From contig OZ260662.1 in NCBI GenBank assembly GCA_965285935.1, forward strand, positions 86,118,001-86,182,000: DNA of 64,000 nt, read 5' to 3'. Below, piece by piece: positions 9,451-23,800 of the stretch. The translations under genes were made by a program, and so were the position numbers. Under the pieces are notes generated by a model, which saw only the letters and a list, made by a program, of their open reading frames with translations, was not told the origin of the DNA and searched no databases. The stretch is from Ophelia neglecta. Its lineage: Eukaryota. How positions within the stretch are numbered: position 1 is the first letter of the stretch; each line of letters begins with the position of its first letter.

Positions 9451-12400
9451 CTACAGTAGAAACTTCCTAGACCTTTTTTTCCCAAATATAGCTCTCCTCA
9501 AACTGTCTCTAAGGCGCCATCCTCTAGAGAAAGGTAAGGGAACACTACTATCTTTGTAGACCTTACTACTATTCAGAACGCTATCGTTAGCAGTATCACA
9601 GTCTTTGTTTGTGGTCTTCCTCCGTTTCGTTGGGTGTTTGACACTGGTGTTACTCAGATTACTCTCATTTGGTGCATCCCTCTTCCTTTTAGAACAGACT
9701 GTTTTGCCTTTTTTTGATTCTTTCTTGTAAGAAGGTTGATCAAGGAAGTGCAGGCTTTCATATGTGTTGTCAATGTCAGATTCAGCCTGCTCTTGCAACA
9801 CGAGCCCTGGAGACACCTCATGTTTAGTAGTTTTACACAGATCATCCACAGCTCTAGAGTGGATACTACTTGGTGATGTGGAGGGGGTTTGATTGATATT
9901 TGATAATCCTTTGGTTTTGTCCACATACACAATCCGAGGTGCCCTGATAGCTGTGAGTTTCCTAGCCAGTGCCTTTGGTGTAGGGATTGAGAAAAAGCTA
10001 TCTTGTTTAAGTGAACAGCTTTTCCCCGAATCGTCTTGGCCTACATAACTCTTGATAGGAGTGTCTGCCCTCCTGTGATTGGATAGGTTCATGGCACTCA
10101 GTGATCTTGTGACTCTTGTGGTGGTACTATCTCTCATGTGACCTGCACTGAGTGACTTGGGGAGAGGCCTCAATCTATCCACATCACCTACACATGACTT
10201 CCTGTCACACATGTTGTTCTCACAGCACTTGGGTACAAGATAGACATTCTCCTCTTGTCTCCTCCTGTCTTTCCTAGGCATGACAATGTCATCCTTTCCT
10301 CTCCGGTTGAGAAAGGGGGCTCTCTCTACAACCTTGTCTCTCCGGTTGAGGATGGGGTCTCTCTCCAGTCTCCTGATGTGCCGTGTTGGTGAGGCCAGTG
10401 GTATGTTCCTTAGGGAGACACTTCTATTCAGCAGTGATGGCTGCATGGCAGGTTCTTTGATCTCTCTAGTTAGTTCACAAGGCTCATCTGCTATCTCATT
10501 AAGGAGGTGTTGGCTCACACATTTTCTGTAATAACAAAATATGAACATTAGCTTCCACTTTGATTACCTTCACAATGAACAGGGTATGTTATTTTTCCTA
10601 TGATTGTTAAGCACCTCCTTAAAAAGAATGCAATTATATGAACAGGTTTTAATGAAATAATTGAAATGTTATCTTAAAACTGGCAAATTTAAACCACCAC
10701 TCAGTCCCCTCGATCAGAAACTAGAAAAAATCACTGTGGGATATTTATCAACGAGTCATTTTTATCAGAACCAAGACAGCATCGGATAACTTTGAACACA
10801 TTGAAACAAGCAATAATGTTGACTTATTTAACGGTATTGGGTTCGTTGATAACAAATACTTGAAATTTTGGTCGATTTTATCATGATGGGAAACATAATG
10901 GACAAAGACAACTATAAGAAAAAAAATATAATAAGCTGCCAATGTTGCATTATTGTAAAATTTGCCTTGCTCACATGGGCGTCAACACAGCCAAAGAAAG
11001 AATCCAAATTGCTGTGTAAATAATTTTTGGATTAGTTCAAGGAAAATGTTAGAACAAAATACAGGGAAACAAGTATAAGAAGGTTAGTTCAGCATGCTGA
11101 GCAAGGAGCAACATACAGACACAAACCTAAGGATTGTAAGAAAATACTTATTCAATGATTATATTATAGCGAGCTTTCTGTGTTAATCTTTGAGGAAAAC
11201 TCTGTTTGACATGCTAATACACAATCACAAGGTATTAAGAAATAGTGGAATATGGATAATGACTCGGCTGAAGAGGGACGACATCATGAAATCATAAAGA
11301 AACATTAACAAGATAAGGGTATTCCTGGCCTCATGCATGGCTGACCAATAATTTAGATTAATTAAATAGGAAATAAGAGTTTAATTTTCAACATTATTTT
11401 CATCACAAGTTTGATCTGATCCCAACTCGGTCTTTTCTATTAATACATGTACATGTACTTTGGTTTAAATACACTCCTAAACTTATCATATACCAGTAAG
11501 AGAGAAAATGTCCTGCAGTACTGAATTCCATAATATCAAACCCAGAAGACCATCAATTGATATTTTACATAGCAGTACCAGCCTTGTTAGACTGCAGTAA
11601 GTTAATTTCTACTTTTCATTGAAAAAAAAAACAGAATTCCTGATGTGCCAAATGTCAGAAAATTAATATCAACTGCAAATCACAAGAAGAATGTATCCTG
11701 AAGGTTTTATTTGTCACATCCAAGACCTGCTGGATAAATTTTGATAGAGAAAGGCTGTTTCTAAGAATCCCTGTTTTCTTTTTAATTTCTCATTTCTAGT
11801 ATTGTATTGTCTTTATGTAGTATTACCCTAAAAACCTTGGGCCCATTATACATGAACATATAAAAACTCAACACAAGTTGAAGAAAAACAGTTAAAAATC
11901 GATTGAGCTCCATATAATCAACACTTACAAAATCCTTTTCTTAGTCATTAAAATACTGTTTTCTGTAAGCCCATGACTCTTCTTTTAGCCAAATTATCAT
12001 GAAATGTTTCTTAATTAATGTGTGTTTTTTTGCTTGGTATTATTTAGGTCTATTCAGCATGTTGGGTTAATCTTTTTACTCCCGGATTATGATTATAAAG
12101 GTTGAAAATTATTAGAAGATACAGAAGGAAAGGGGTTAAAGAACAAGAGGAGTTAGGAGGAAGCAAGCATTAAATCTACCTGTCCCATCACCTATCCAAG
12201 ACAGTGGTTACCTAATGACATGGCCAAGCTCAGAGCCAGTACGGGGAGCTATGTATCGCCTCTCAGAGCCAGTAGGGGGAGATGCTAGTTGCCTCTCAGG
12301 CTCGTAAGGCTCATTAAACTTCTTGACTATCGCTTTCAGGTGTTTCTTACGGCCAACGTCTTCTTTTAGTAAGTAGTACCAACCATCTACCTCCTACAAC

Positions 12401-15400
12401 AGCATAACAAGTAACAGGTAAATAGACATTCGAGTAGTTTTATATGTTTTTTAAATTTAGAATATTTAAAAAGCAAAACACCTGCCTTCAACACACAATT
12501 CAGAGATTCAACACTACCTTAAACTACTGTCTTGCAAAGCAATAGTATTGACTTTCAAGAGTAATCAGCCAAAGAGAAGTAGTAACATAATATATTAGTT
12601 TGATCTCTCACAGTAGTGTAAAATGGTCGGTCCTAGCTAACACTACTTACCCTCTTAGCAGAAAATATGGACTCCACACCAAATGTCATGCATCCAAGAA
12701 ACTCAGTGTACCTGTAAGGAAGGGCAAAACTATATTCATTTCACATAACTGTTCATACCACTGTTTATTTGATCCATACAGCATTAATATGAATTGTTAA
12801 CATGGAAATATCTATGTATTGTTATGGCACAATACTGGAGGGGTTGCAATGTTTCAGCTGTGGACATGGTAGGGATTTGCATTTTTAAGTGTTTAAGGGA
12901 CAAAAAACATTGAAAAAAGTTCTTAGTCTAGTAAGTCTACTCACTGTGACCCTTCAGAATAGTTCCACACTGACACCAACAGTCTCTTCTTGATATCTCC
13001 TGGCAACAACTCACTGTAAATGAAAAATACCAACAAACTTAATTTCATTTGTTTACTTCAATGCATACATGTATGTGAATATGTAGTAAGAGTGTGCATT
13101 TCTGATTGATGCCTATATCACAGATTTTACTCCCCCTTAGATTCTGTCAATGATGTTTTTATTTATTTTTTTGCACTTGAAGTGATGATATAGATGTCTC
13201 ATCTTTTTACTTTCTTTTACTTTCAAGTGACAATGACTTATAAGTGATGGTTTGAGATATTGAATAAGTGCCTTAATGTGTAGAACATAGGCAGTTAAAA
13301 CCTTCCTTCATGCATGGTGAGTTTGAATTATATTGCATGTTACTAGTATGACAAGCTATGATATGGCTTGACACTACCATCCCCCCCCCACCCCCACCCC
13401 CACCCCCCCAAACCCCCACCCCACCCCTCCACCTCCCCACCCATAAGTTATTATTGCACAGATCTTAATTGTCAAGACATATATGAAAATCTTTAACCTC
13501 TTAACTATAAATCTATCAATTTGAGAATTATATATGTTATAATAACCCAAATCGCCACCGAAGACACCATGCCAAAAGCAACAAAATTTACAAGATGAGC
13601 CTGATCGAATGCTGCCCTGAATCATAGATGCTGTAGGTGCCTCATAACATGTGTTGTTTCATAGGCAGTCAATCGCTATGGAATCCTATGTGTACCATAG
13701 ATAATCTCAAGGAAACAAGGCAGGACAATGTGTATCATTTCATTAAACTTGATAAATGAATTACATCCCAAGCGTTACAGTGAAAAATGTTTATGACTTT
13801 ATATTAATCTAAATTAGATTATGAAACATTACTTTCTTCAATCTCATTCCTAAATTTGAAGGACTAATGACTTACAATGAGAACTTTTCTTCAAACAATG
13901 GATGGTTTGTATCTCTGGCAACAGACGTTGAGCACTTTGTCCTTCCTGTGTCATCGGGAACTAGGGATATCTGAAAGGTGCATTCATACATACTTAATAA
14001 ATTGATAATACAGTATATAGTGGTTTGACAGCAGTACAAAATGGTGTGTCAAAGCTTTTAAAACTGATTATTAAAGCACCAAATATCACAGACAAGAAAA
14101 TGCATTAAGTTTGTTTATGTTCACTTTTTCATTATCATGACATGCATGTGTATTTCATAAAAAAATCAAATTCCTTTAAACATATACCAAGGGAATGTCA
14201 GCATTACACACAATGCATGTATATAAATTATGTAGCTTTAGCCTGGAGGACTGGTCCAGCATGTATTGTGCCATCATAAAATTAAATGTAATAACATCAA
14301 AAATGACTTTCAGTCCTTTCATTGACTGCTAAGACACTATTGTGTTTAAGGCCACAATTCTCTCTCTTACTATGTACTCTGAACTGCACTCAATCCAACT
14401 AAAGTCTTATGTGCATTGTACAGACTGACAGCATTTAAAGGAGTGACATAGCCCATGTGTAGCTATATGTAAGCCTAGAACTAGGACAGTAGGGGCTATG
14501 ACACTGGTCTATGTGGGTAACCAAGAGAGTACACCACTTCAGACAGTGGCTCATCACCTTCAAGCTAGTAAAATGATAATTTGTGGTATAGAGTTTGTGG
14601 TAGCATACCTTAACACGAGTGTTACACGTCCCTCTGCTTATAGACTGAAGATGTCTGGCTTGGATCACTAAAAAACAAAAATATCAAATGTACCTAATAC
14701 TAAATGCCACATTCAATAAATCTCAAAATAATGACCTGAATATATACCCAGTTATTAAAAAGATTCATTAATTATTGTTATCTTTCACACAAAAAACTCA
14801 GCAGAATAATTAAAAGCAAAACATGCAGAAACTATAACAATAAACCTTATTTAGGTATTCTGGAATATTTTTTTTTTGTTACTTACATTCTTTTAAACAA
14901 AGGAATCTTAAGATAAGAAAGTGTTCAAAGTACATACCATCAATAGTAAGCATTCCATAGTTAAGGTACACTGACAGCTTGAGGATGCCTTTTCCCATCA
15001 GAAACTCTGATTTCACATTGTGACTTTTGGAGAGAGTTCCACTATCATAGTACATGTAGTCTCTTTCGTGAGATGGCTCTGATATCTTGGCCATAACAGA
15101 CTGGACTGAGTCAGTAGAGCTAGTGGGGGCTGTACTGTGCTTACTGCACACACCAGAATCTTCACAGTCCTCCACCGGCTCCTTGACTTCATGTTGTAGT
15201 CCTCCAGGTGTCTTTTCTGAAACGCCCTCACACCCCTTGTCTGAATATATAGGAAATTTGGATTGTTGCCACTGATTAATAAAAGCAAAGTCTTCTGGAA
15301 TGTGTTGGTTCCAAATAAGTGGTTGTCTTCTTGGGTCCTTGTGACATTGGTATGAGCTTGTTGGTATGACTGAGGCACTGGAATATGGAAATTGATTTCT

Positions 15401-15988
15401 CCGAAAGTTACCAGATTTTGTTTGTGGTTGATTTGACACTCTGAGAGGACTGTGTTGAGCAATGTTTCCCAGGGGGTTTTGTTGTCTCATCTCTCCGTTG
15501 TGTGTGTATGACTGAGTCCTCTGGACAAGCTGTCTGGCCAGTTCATAAACGTAGCTCTTAGGCATGGAAGAAACAGAGCCATTTGCTGTACACTGTTGAG
15601 GTTCTGGTAGGAAAGGTTTGTGGAATTTATCTGGTGAAACACAAGACACACTTCTCTCCAGTGTCCTCCTGACAGCATACCTGGGACTAGAGGGGCCTCT
15701 ACGCTGTGTGTTAGAGATATCCTGAAAGGCGCGCGTAGGCTCCAATGGTTGGTGCTTTGAGAAGCCTTGAGGATGGCTGTGGGTCTGGGGGTTCTCAGCT
15801 TTCTGGAGTTGTCTCGAGGGCCTGCCTCTTGGCTCCAGGAACCCATAGTCAGTGAGCTTCCCATCTGTGGCCATGTTCACTGATAGAGCCTCGTAGTTGT
15901 AACTGGATTGAGAACCAGTCACGGTGGTGGGAAGTGCTGCTCTGGCCCCCTTCATGCTAGAACTTCTCTCAAATCTCCACTTTAACAT
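9451..15988 (-). CDS. C2-domain protein (RGS3/PsGEF-type C2) with long low-complexity N- and C-terminal arms, about 863 aa; gene A
   Basis: Exons 15988-14938, 14667-14609, 13970-13876, 13013-12945, 12711-12651, 12393-12212, 10525-9451. All GT-AG, phases 1,0,2,2,0,2 consistent. C2: GILKLSVYLNYGMLTIDVIQARHL...VKISLVPDDTGRTKCSTSVARDTNHPLFEEKFSFELLPGDIKKRLLVSVWN...EFLGCMTFGV....EVDGWYYLLKEDVGRKKHL. The start codon is the least certain part. Confidence 0.85.
13379..13443. repeat. (CCCCA)-type C-rich tract, G-rich on the sense strand of a gene A intron
   Basis: Many consecutive C4-C9 runs separated by A. Confidence 0.8.
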
Positions 15989-16532
15989 CTACACAGATAA
16001 TAGCCTTAATCCTCAATCAGAAGTCCATTAGAGGTGAGCCAATCCAGTGAACTACTTCAACAGGATTACTATGAAATCACAACGTCAACTGTCAGTTGAG
16101 TGCAATCAATCCAATGTTTATGTCGGCAACAGGGAGAACTGGTCATGCACTGGAATATATTTATATCACGTTGGGAATAAGTGATCTTGTTCAATACACA
16201 ACAAGAATTTTCCACACAAAACAACTCTGTCCTCACAGTTGTTTGCACTTAAGTATCACTGGAATTTCACTTTCAACAAGTTTTCCCATAGGTATCAAAA
16301 GTCATTGCCTAGGAGCAGTCGAAATTACCTTTAAAATGTCTATAATATATGACATTATTAGCCTCCACTTAGTAAGATGTAGCACACTAGATTTACCATT
16401 TAAAGTCTGGGTAAAAGTCTTCAGGCCTTTACAAGAGTTGTTCCCAAGTGTAAAGGCAATGTCTTCATAGGTGGCCTGCACAAGAGTCAGTCATTGTCCA
16501 AGTGGTCCAGGCAAAGCATGTGTCCATTTCAG
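15989..16532 (-). other. Probable 5' UTR part of the first coding exon of gene A
   Basis: Good minus-strand acceptor TTTTCTTCACAATTTCAG|CTG at 16533/16532. An alternative acceptor TGTGTAG sits directly before the ATG at 15988. Confidence 0.4.
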
Positions 16533-19500
16533 CTGAAATTGTGAAGAAAACACGCTCATCAATAATATGATAATGTGGGCTGACATTGTTCTGGCTCATG
16601 TCCCATAATATTCATTGGGGAAATTTAAGTAGCAAGGTTCTCTGAGGAGATAAAACAACATGCCTGTGTGCATGCCACCGTCGCTAAGATGCGAATTACA
16701 TGCAACCTCCTGTTATTAATGTCTTCCTGCAGCATTGCGGCTGAAAACGACAGGTTTACATTCACACGCCAATGTTAAATAAAATGTTTAAACTGCTTCA
16801 ATTACAGACATCTATGAATGGTGATAGTTATATGGTTATTGTGTTATATGGGGATCATGCTAAAAGTTTATTGCCATGTCTACACAACTGTTTTTAATTG
16901 GCCATTTAATTTGCAATGATAAACAATACATTCTAATTGCCTTGTTGTTTAATCACTAATTAGAAGAAAGCTAATTAGAAGAAAGAACAGGTAACAGATT
17001 ATAAGGGTTAGAGTCTGTTTCAAGAACTAAGAAAATATAATAAGCCAATTACTAGCCTCGGTCCAGAGACAACCTGCTTAGATCCCTTCTAAATAAAAGT
17101 AATGTGAAAGGGATGAACCCCATAAATTGATTGCAACATTGAAATCTTCACAAGGAAATTATATTGCTGACTATTATCTGCACAGAAGATAGATACTGTA
17201 CAATTGAGTGACCATACTTTTAAGGGTTAAAATAAGGTTTGAATGTATTATTTTGATGTAAAACATGGCAAAGTTTCAAAATTACTGTTAAGCAAAGTTC
17301 TTAATACAGGCAACACCATGTTGAATCATGGCTGGGTTATATTCATATAAAAGCAAGAGATATGCCTATCAGCTGGTCAATCCTGAGTTTAAGACATAAA
17401 GTTGGAGAGGATTACATCACATCAGCTGACTATCAGAGGCTACAAGCAAATACTTAGTGCTTAGCATCCTTATTTAGAAGCACAATACTATCAAATGTAT
17501 AATATCTGATTGCAATCTTTTTCAATTAAAGTTTAACTGAGGCTTTTGAAATATTTTAATTGACACTTGGTAAGCACATTTCCTTTCTATAGCAAAAGAG
17601 CAACAATTTGATGCAATATTTTTGTACTGATAAAGGCTAGATTGGTGCAATGGTTCAATCTAAAGTGGGCAATATGCAAATAATTTCAGTGGCACAAAGC
17701 ATATAAAATGGTATGATTAAACATAAAAGTGCAGGTGGAAACCTCAAATGATGGGAGATAAACCACTACTACAAACCATGAGCCTAGGTATTCACCAGCT
17801 AGCAGCAATCTAAATTACATGGAGGATGTTAAAGAAAACAATTGCCTACCTTTTGCATTCTGATTCTGCAAAGAAAACAAATCTCAATGTTGTTGTGATT
17901 GAAAAACAGCCCTCAATGGTTTAAGTCAGCTCATAAAGTGAGTGTGACAATGACCAATCCATGTGGTGCAGGTGATGTGACAAGAGTGACTCTCAGACAG
18001 GTGTCACAGAAGCCACATCCAACTGACTACTTGATCATTGGGATGGTTCTCCCACTCAGAAGCCACAACAGTGGTCAGTCAAACTGCCATAGGCTCATTT
18101 GTATTGGTACTGTATGGGAAGCCACAACAATGACTCCGGACATTGTTTCTACTGTCAAATGAAGTACCAGTACATCACAATATATAAACAGACATTCCCA
18201 TTTTGGCATTCCAAATTTGCAGCCACAGCCACAGAATAACTTGGGAAACTACTGCTTGCATTTTGCTTTTTACTTAATATTCACTGGTTTTCTTAATGTG
18301 AAATAAAGCACCAAATTCCATTTCAAACTTCCAAGCCAAATCTCAATAATGAGCATGGCACTTCAAGTAATGGGAAATCAATTAAGATGGCTATCTCTGC
18401 CTTTTTCTCATCACCATATGTTTTAACAGCTCTCAACAAGCCTTCTTCATTATTCACATAAACGATGCAATTTAAGTGTGAGAAACCTAACCGGCAATTT
18501 AAAAATACAAATTTAATCAACATTCCACTTGAAGTTGCCCGACAAAATAGCCTTTTCATCACAAACTAGTGAACTGATAAATAGGCAGTGTTCTGACATA
18601 GAACATACAACATAAAGAAACTTATTTGAAATTATGAGTAGGTTAAACAGCTTTGGCAGGGGCAAAAAACTGTCACCATGGCATGATCACAAATAGTTAT
18701 TCAGAATAAATGTTCTGGCTCATTTATAAGTTGAACATAACTGCTACCTTCCCCACACTGCCTGCAGTCAGGTCTTGGCCTGGTTCTATCCAATTCCAAC
18801 AGACCCAGGTAAGGTGTGGAAAAAGGTACTCTATAATTACTTGGCATGAACCCCTTATTTAACACCTAATATATATCTAACTGAAAACTTTTACGAGGCA
18901 CTTTCTCTTACCATCAATCCCACATCCTGACCACAATTGTATGAAGACTATTTTTTAGTTCCTAATTAGGCGAAGTTTGCAAGTGGCCCAAGCAGTGTCC
19001 AAGTAATTCCCAAAGAGTGCAGTCCCTTTTAATACCACAAATGTTGATGAAAAATGAACCACTTGCAAATCTTTAATTATATGGGTAGGCATGAAATGTT
19101 AAAATACGTTTCTTTCCATGTTCTTTGTTTGGTATGTATACTATTAAACGCTAATACCTGGCTACCTGCTGAGATCACAGGCTTACCTAATTAGTTTACA
19201 CCTATTGTGTAGGACCCACACATTCAGCTTTGAAATCAGACAGCATTGCTACAATCCTGGCAGGAATTCGACAATAAAAGCAGTAATTACCAACTGTAAT
19301 GAAGGGAAAATAATTACCAAATTTCCTGCACTGCAGATGTAAAAATGAAGAATTTGCATCTGAATTAAAAAGACAAATACCAGATGGGCACTGAGAATAA
19401 TGGAGGAATCATTGGTTATTTCCCTGGATAGGTAGTGTTTGCTCAGCCAGAGACCCCGGGGAAGTCAGTTAAGGTAATCAGACTTAGTGACTTTCATGTT

Positions 19501-20690
19501 CTCATCCTCAGGTAGCCATTAATCACTTGTGATTAAGACAGATTCAGAGATGTAAACCCCCATGTTGGAGGTAGACTTGAGAATTCATTATTGTAGATGT
19601 TCACCCCTGATTACACAGGTTCACACCCCTACAGGAAAACCTGAAAACTCACCTCCCACAGCAATTTACCTGAAGCTGTAAAACCCTCCTCCCAATGCCC
19701 AATACACCCCCCAAAACTATATACAAGTCAGCTTGATAAACCCATCAATCACCTGTTGAGAAGCAATCTCTCATTTTTGAACTGAACTGGTATTTCAGAG
19801 TTCCTTTGTCTGATTTGATCAGCTAACATACATGTATAAAATGTTTTCTTCACGTGTATGCGTTTAAAGGTATCAAAATATGCCAACAAAGGGACAAGTT
19901 TTTCTGTTATATTAATTTTCTTTCAGTTGTTAATATAACAATGTATACACTGTATAATGGAAAAGCTTTCCAACAATGTCTCAGTACTTGCATTCCAAAA
20001 TGGTCCCTGCCACCTACAGTTTATATAAATATATATCAACTCTGCACATGCCAATCATAGTGACAATGATAAATATAATAATGTGGGAATTTTACACTAA
20101 CACCAGCAAGTACCGGCAAACACCCACTAGGCTGGTGCCCTTTTGACTGTGGGAATAGTCCAGCAAATAAAGGAAACAAACAAAGCCACATATTTAAACC
20201 TCTGTTTGTTCCTCAAGGACAGGGTTAAGTATAAAATTAACAGGATATAAGGCAGCACAAAAGTCAAAATGTTTAGCAAACAGGAAATTAAAACAACCTA
20301 TTCAATCTTGTAGTAACTGAAAAGAAACCAATTGCCATCCACAATTTGTCAGTTATAGGTAGTGAACATATTTCATTGGTCTGACTGTGAAATCAGAGGT
20401 AAATACAACTTGTAACAGAGTATATCATACAATGGTTTGATAGTTCATTGAAAAAAAAACTACAACCATAGATATCCCCCGTATCTCTCATATTACTGAA
20501 ACTGCTTATTTAATGTGTTAAATAAATCAAAGTTGCCTATAGTATTTTGCCCTGTTTTGTGGGGCATATCATATAAAGTCTATACGATGACAACCATGGT
20601 CTGTCAGGGACCACCTTCAAAGAGCGTTATGGGCTTGCTTCCCATGGAAGAACACCTCAAGAGATCATGATCTCAAAATGGACTACAATA

Positions 20691-20897
20691 CTGTAAAACC
20701 CTTATATTTTGCAAGCCCCTTATAGGTGAATTTTCACAAGTAGGGTTGCCACAGTGATACTAAAAGCCTCGCGAAAAAACAAAAAGCCCATTGAAGACAT
20801 TAAGGATATCCCTACAACACCAAATTAGATGGAAGCCAAATAGTTTGTTTGCTAAAACCACCAATATTAAAGGTCATGAAATTATAGGGTTTTATAG
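20691..20897. mobile_element. TA-flanked MITE (Tc1/mariner-like)
   Basis: TA-CTGTAAAACCCTTATATTTT ... GAAATTATAGGGTTTTATAG-TA: imperfect inverted termini of about 20 bp with TA on both sides. Confidence 0.55.
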
Positions 20898-23800
20898 TAC
20901 AAAAAGCTTATAACATCCAGTGGCGTGCAATAGTGAGATTTTAAGAGATCACAGCTATTGCTGTATGCCTTTAATATAATGTAAATCTGAAGAGGACTAA
21001 CTAAACGGGCATGTTAGTTCAGTATCAAGCTGCCTTGAATTGTGTTGGAAAAAAATGCCTTTTTAAATTTGGAATTGGTTACAAAGGATTCACCAATCTG
21101 TTGTTTTTAATGCAACTGGAGAACAAGTACAATTTTAAGAACATTTCCGTCTCTCAAATAATATACTTTTTGTTAAATTCATGAAAACTTAAAAGATGAA
21201 TGGGCAACTGTAACCATCATAAATTTCATGCCCTGTCAATTCCCCATAACCAGAATCATCTACAGCCACTTACCTGGCGTGAACAGACAGACAAAGAATG
21301 AATTTCCAATGTAAACACTGGTATACATCCACAGCTTTACAACCAACTAGCTTGGAGGCTGAGGATCCATGAAATGAGCTTGCACGGGAATTTAAATTCA
21401 TAGTGTAATTGGTAAATTTGATGTCATTTGTAATTAGCCTAGTGAATCAAAACTATTTGGGGAGTTGTAGAATCCCATTACAAACAAATTAATGATTAGA
21501 AATGTCTTTGTTCTCAAGGCCCATACTTAACACTTCCCAGTCTCAGATCAGCAAATATAACACATTTTAAGAGATTTAATTCGGAGCCTTCTTTCAATGG
21601 GCTGTGTCCCTAATGGGATGTTTAACCAAGTAAAGATGTACAACCACCCTGGTGTGAAGTATCATCTCTATCACAGCTAAACTCACACATATAAACCAAA
21701 CTCTATCATTACAACCTTCTCAAATTTACCCCTCAAATTTAGCCATGTGACCACAAAACGTACCAGTAGACTTACATACAGCCACATTCATGTAAATGTA
21801 TCAAGTACATATAAGTTATATATAGATAAAACCAGAAAAGAGAAAGACATCAAAGCATCTGACTCTAACAAGTTGGCTATTATAGGTATGGAAAATTTAA
21901 CTTTATCACTGATATATAACGGTTTAGTTAGTTTCTTTAACTGCTCATTGAATAGATATGAAACTGGTTTGTCATTGATGGTATGCTACTGGTAGGTGGA
22001 CGTATAGGGAAACATCCGCCCTAAGCCCTACCTACAGTGTACCCTAAACAGATACCTTGACCTCATCTCAGCCCCCTTGATTAAAGTAGGGGTGTCTTTA
22101 ATCAGGGCCTACCTGGATAGATAATTAAGGTGCTAGACCAGACATTTCTCACCTGTAATTTGATTTATGCTGATAAAGTCAGAACTTGTGATGGTAATCA
22201 TGTTCTATTGTTCTTTCAAGTTTGGACACCAAACCACATTTTTTCATATTGGAAACTCAATGATTCATTAGTCAGCTGAATTTGTATGGTGGCATTTCTC
22301 TTGATGTAATCAAAACTCCCTTGTTACATGAAATCTTACACAATTCATTTATATGTAAATCAGAGGCAATTAATTGTGTTAATGAAGCAAATTCACTATT
22401 AAACTCCAACATCAGATTTTTTATTGTCCAACACAAGTCACATGTAGACAAATAACAAGCTGTAACTAAATCAAAATAATTCTATGAATTTGATTTGTCA
22501 AATGGTATTAATATATTGATGGTATTAAAGATGAACAAAGTCCAATATATACCCCCATGTTTTTAGGAAGTGCTTATGGCTGTTTAATAAAGATCCAGCG
22601 CACGCAGAATCCTGTGGAAATTAGATAGAATGAACCTTTATGAGACAAGTTCTATGCCCACCTTAATATGAACTTTGTTAATGCATAAAACACAGACAAT
22701 TGAGTCTTTAAGTTTGAACAAAGCTGTTGGACACATGGAGTGTGGGCACGGGCAATTTGTTTTCCACGCATGTGCTTGCCTTTATAAATCAAGGTAATTT
22801 AATCTCCTATAAAATAGCATGGACTAAAGGTCAGTCAAACTGTTGCATGATGGGGAGGCAGTGCCCAGGGGCTAGTGGTTCTAAGGTTTCCTAATGAAGT
22901 AAACTCTGACAAGGTTATACTCTCAATTCTCCATTTACCCTGACTTTAAACTCACTTTAAGTAATTAAGCCAGGAGTCAAAATTCCAGTTTCCTAGCAGG
23001 GGTTGGTTTTACAACTAAAATATTCAACAGTCCTATAGAAATTACTCAGTGTGTAATTCTCTGGGAAAGTCCTATTTGAAACATATCAGTCATTGTCAAA
23101 AGACATGATCAAGTTTGTGTTTTTGACTGCTGGTGGTCAAACCAATATGAGAGGCTGTCCATTCAAAGATGAGAGGTTGCCATGTGGATTTACTGCTGGG
23201 CTTTTCTCATATGCAGAAATTTATTTTAAAATTCAAACATGAACCACTGTCATGTTATGAGAAATTAAGTTCAAATTGAAGCATTTGAATGTTCAAATGC
23301 CCTTACAATTGATGCATAGTGACTTGAGACAGTAGGAATGTGTGTAGCTTTCATCTGACAAGAGAGTGATCATATTGGAATGTAAGGCTTCAAAGTACTA
23401 TGTGGAAATGTGGCCAAAAAATGTCATCTGTAAACTCCAGGTGTACAAACCAAAACTGAGAAAGACAGGACACCTAAATGTCAACCTGTATAGGGGATTT
23501 CTACTTTGGCTTGGCATTATTTGCATGTACCAGTAAACGTATGCCTATACAAACTATCATTTGTTCCAAGATCTGATGCAATTAAGTTGCATTTATGCAT
23601 AATCATTTTAGCTCAAAAATGGAATATGGACATTTCCATACTTCTGCCTGAGAGAAAAATTGCAATGGAAACTCGTAACTATATTGGTGGCATTTATTAG
23701 TTTGCCTGCAGTATACAAATCAAAATTAGTTCATAATAATCTGAGAATATGATATTGTTAATAACTATGCTATATGCCTCCTTGCTATCAAGGTTACAGC

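Noticed and set aside
15013-15864. Alternative-frame ORFs of 149 and 125 aa inside the large exon of gene A
   Set aside because: Off-frame by-products; only the 14879-15988 frame runs into the C2 domain.
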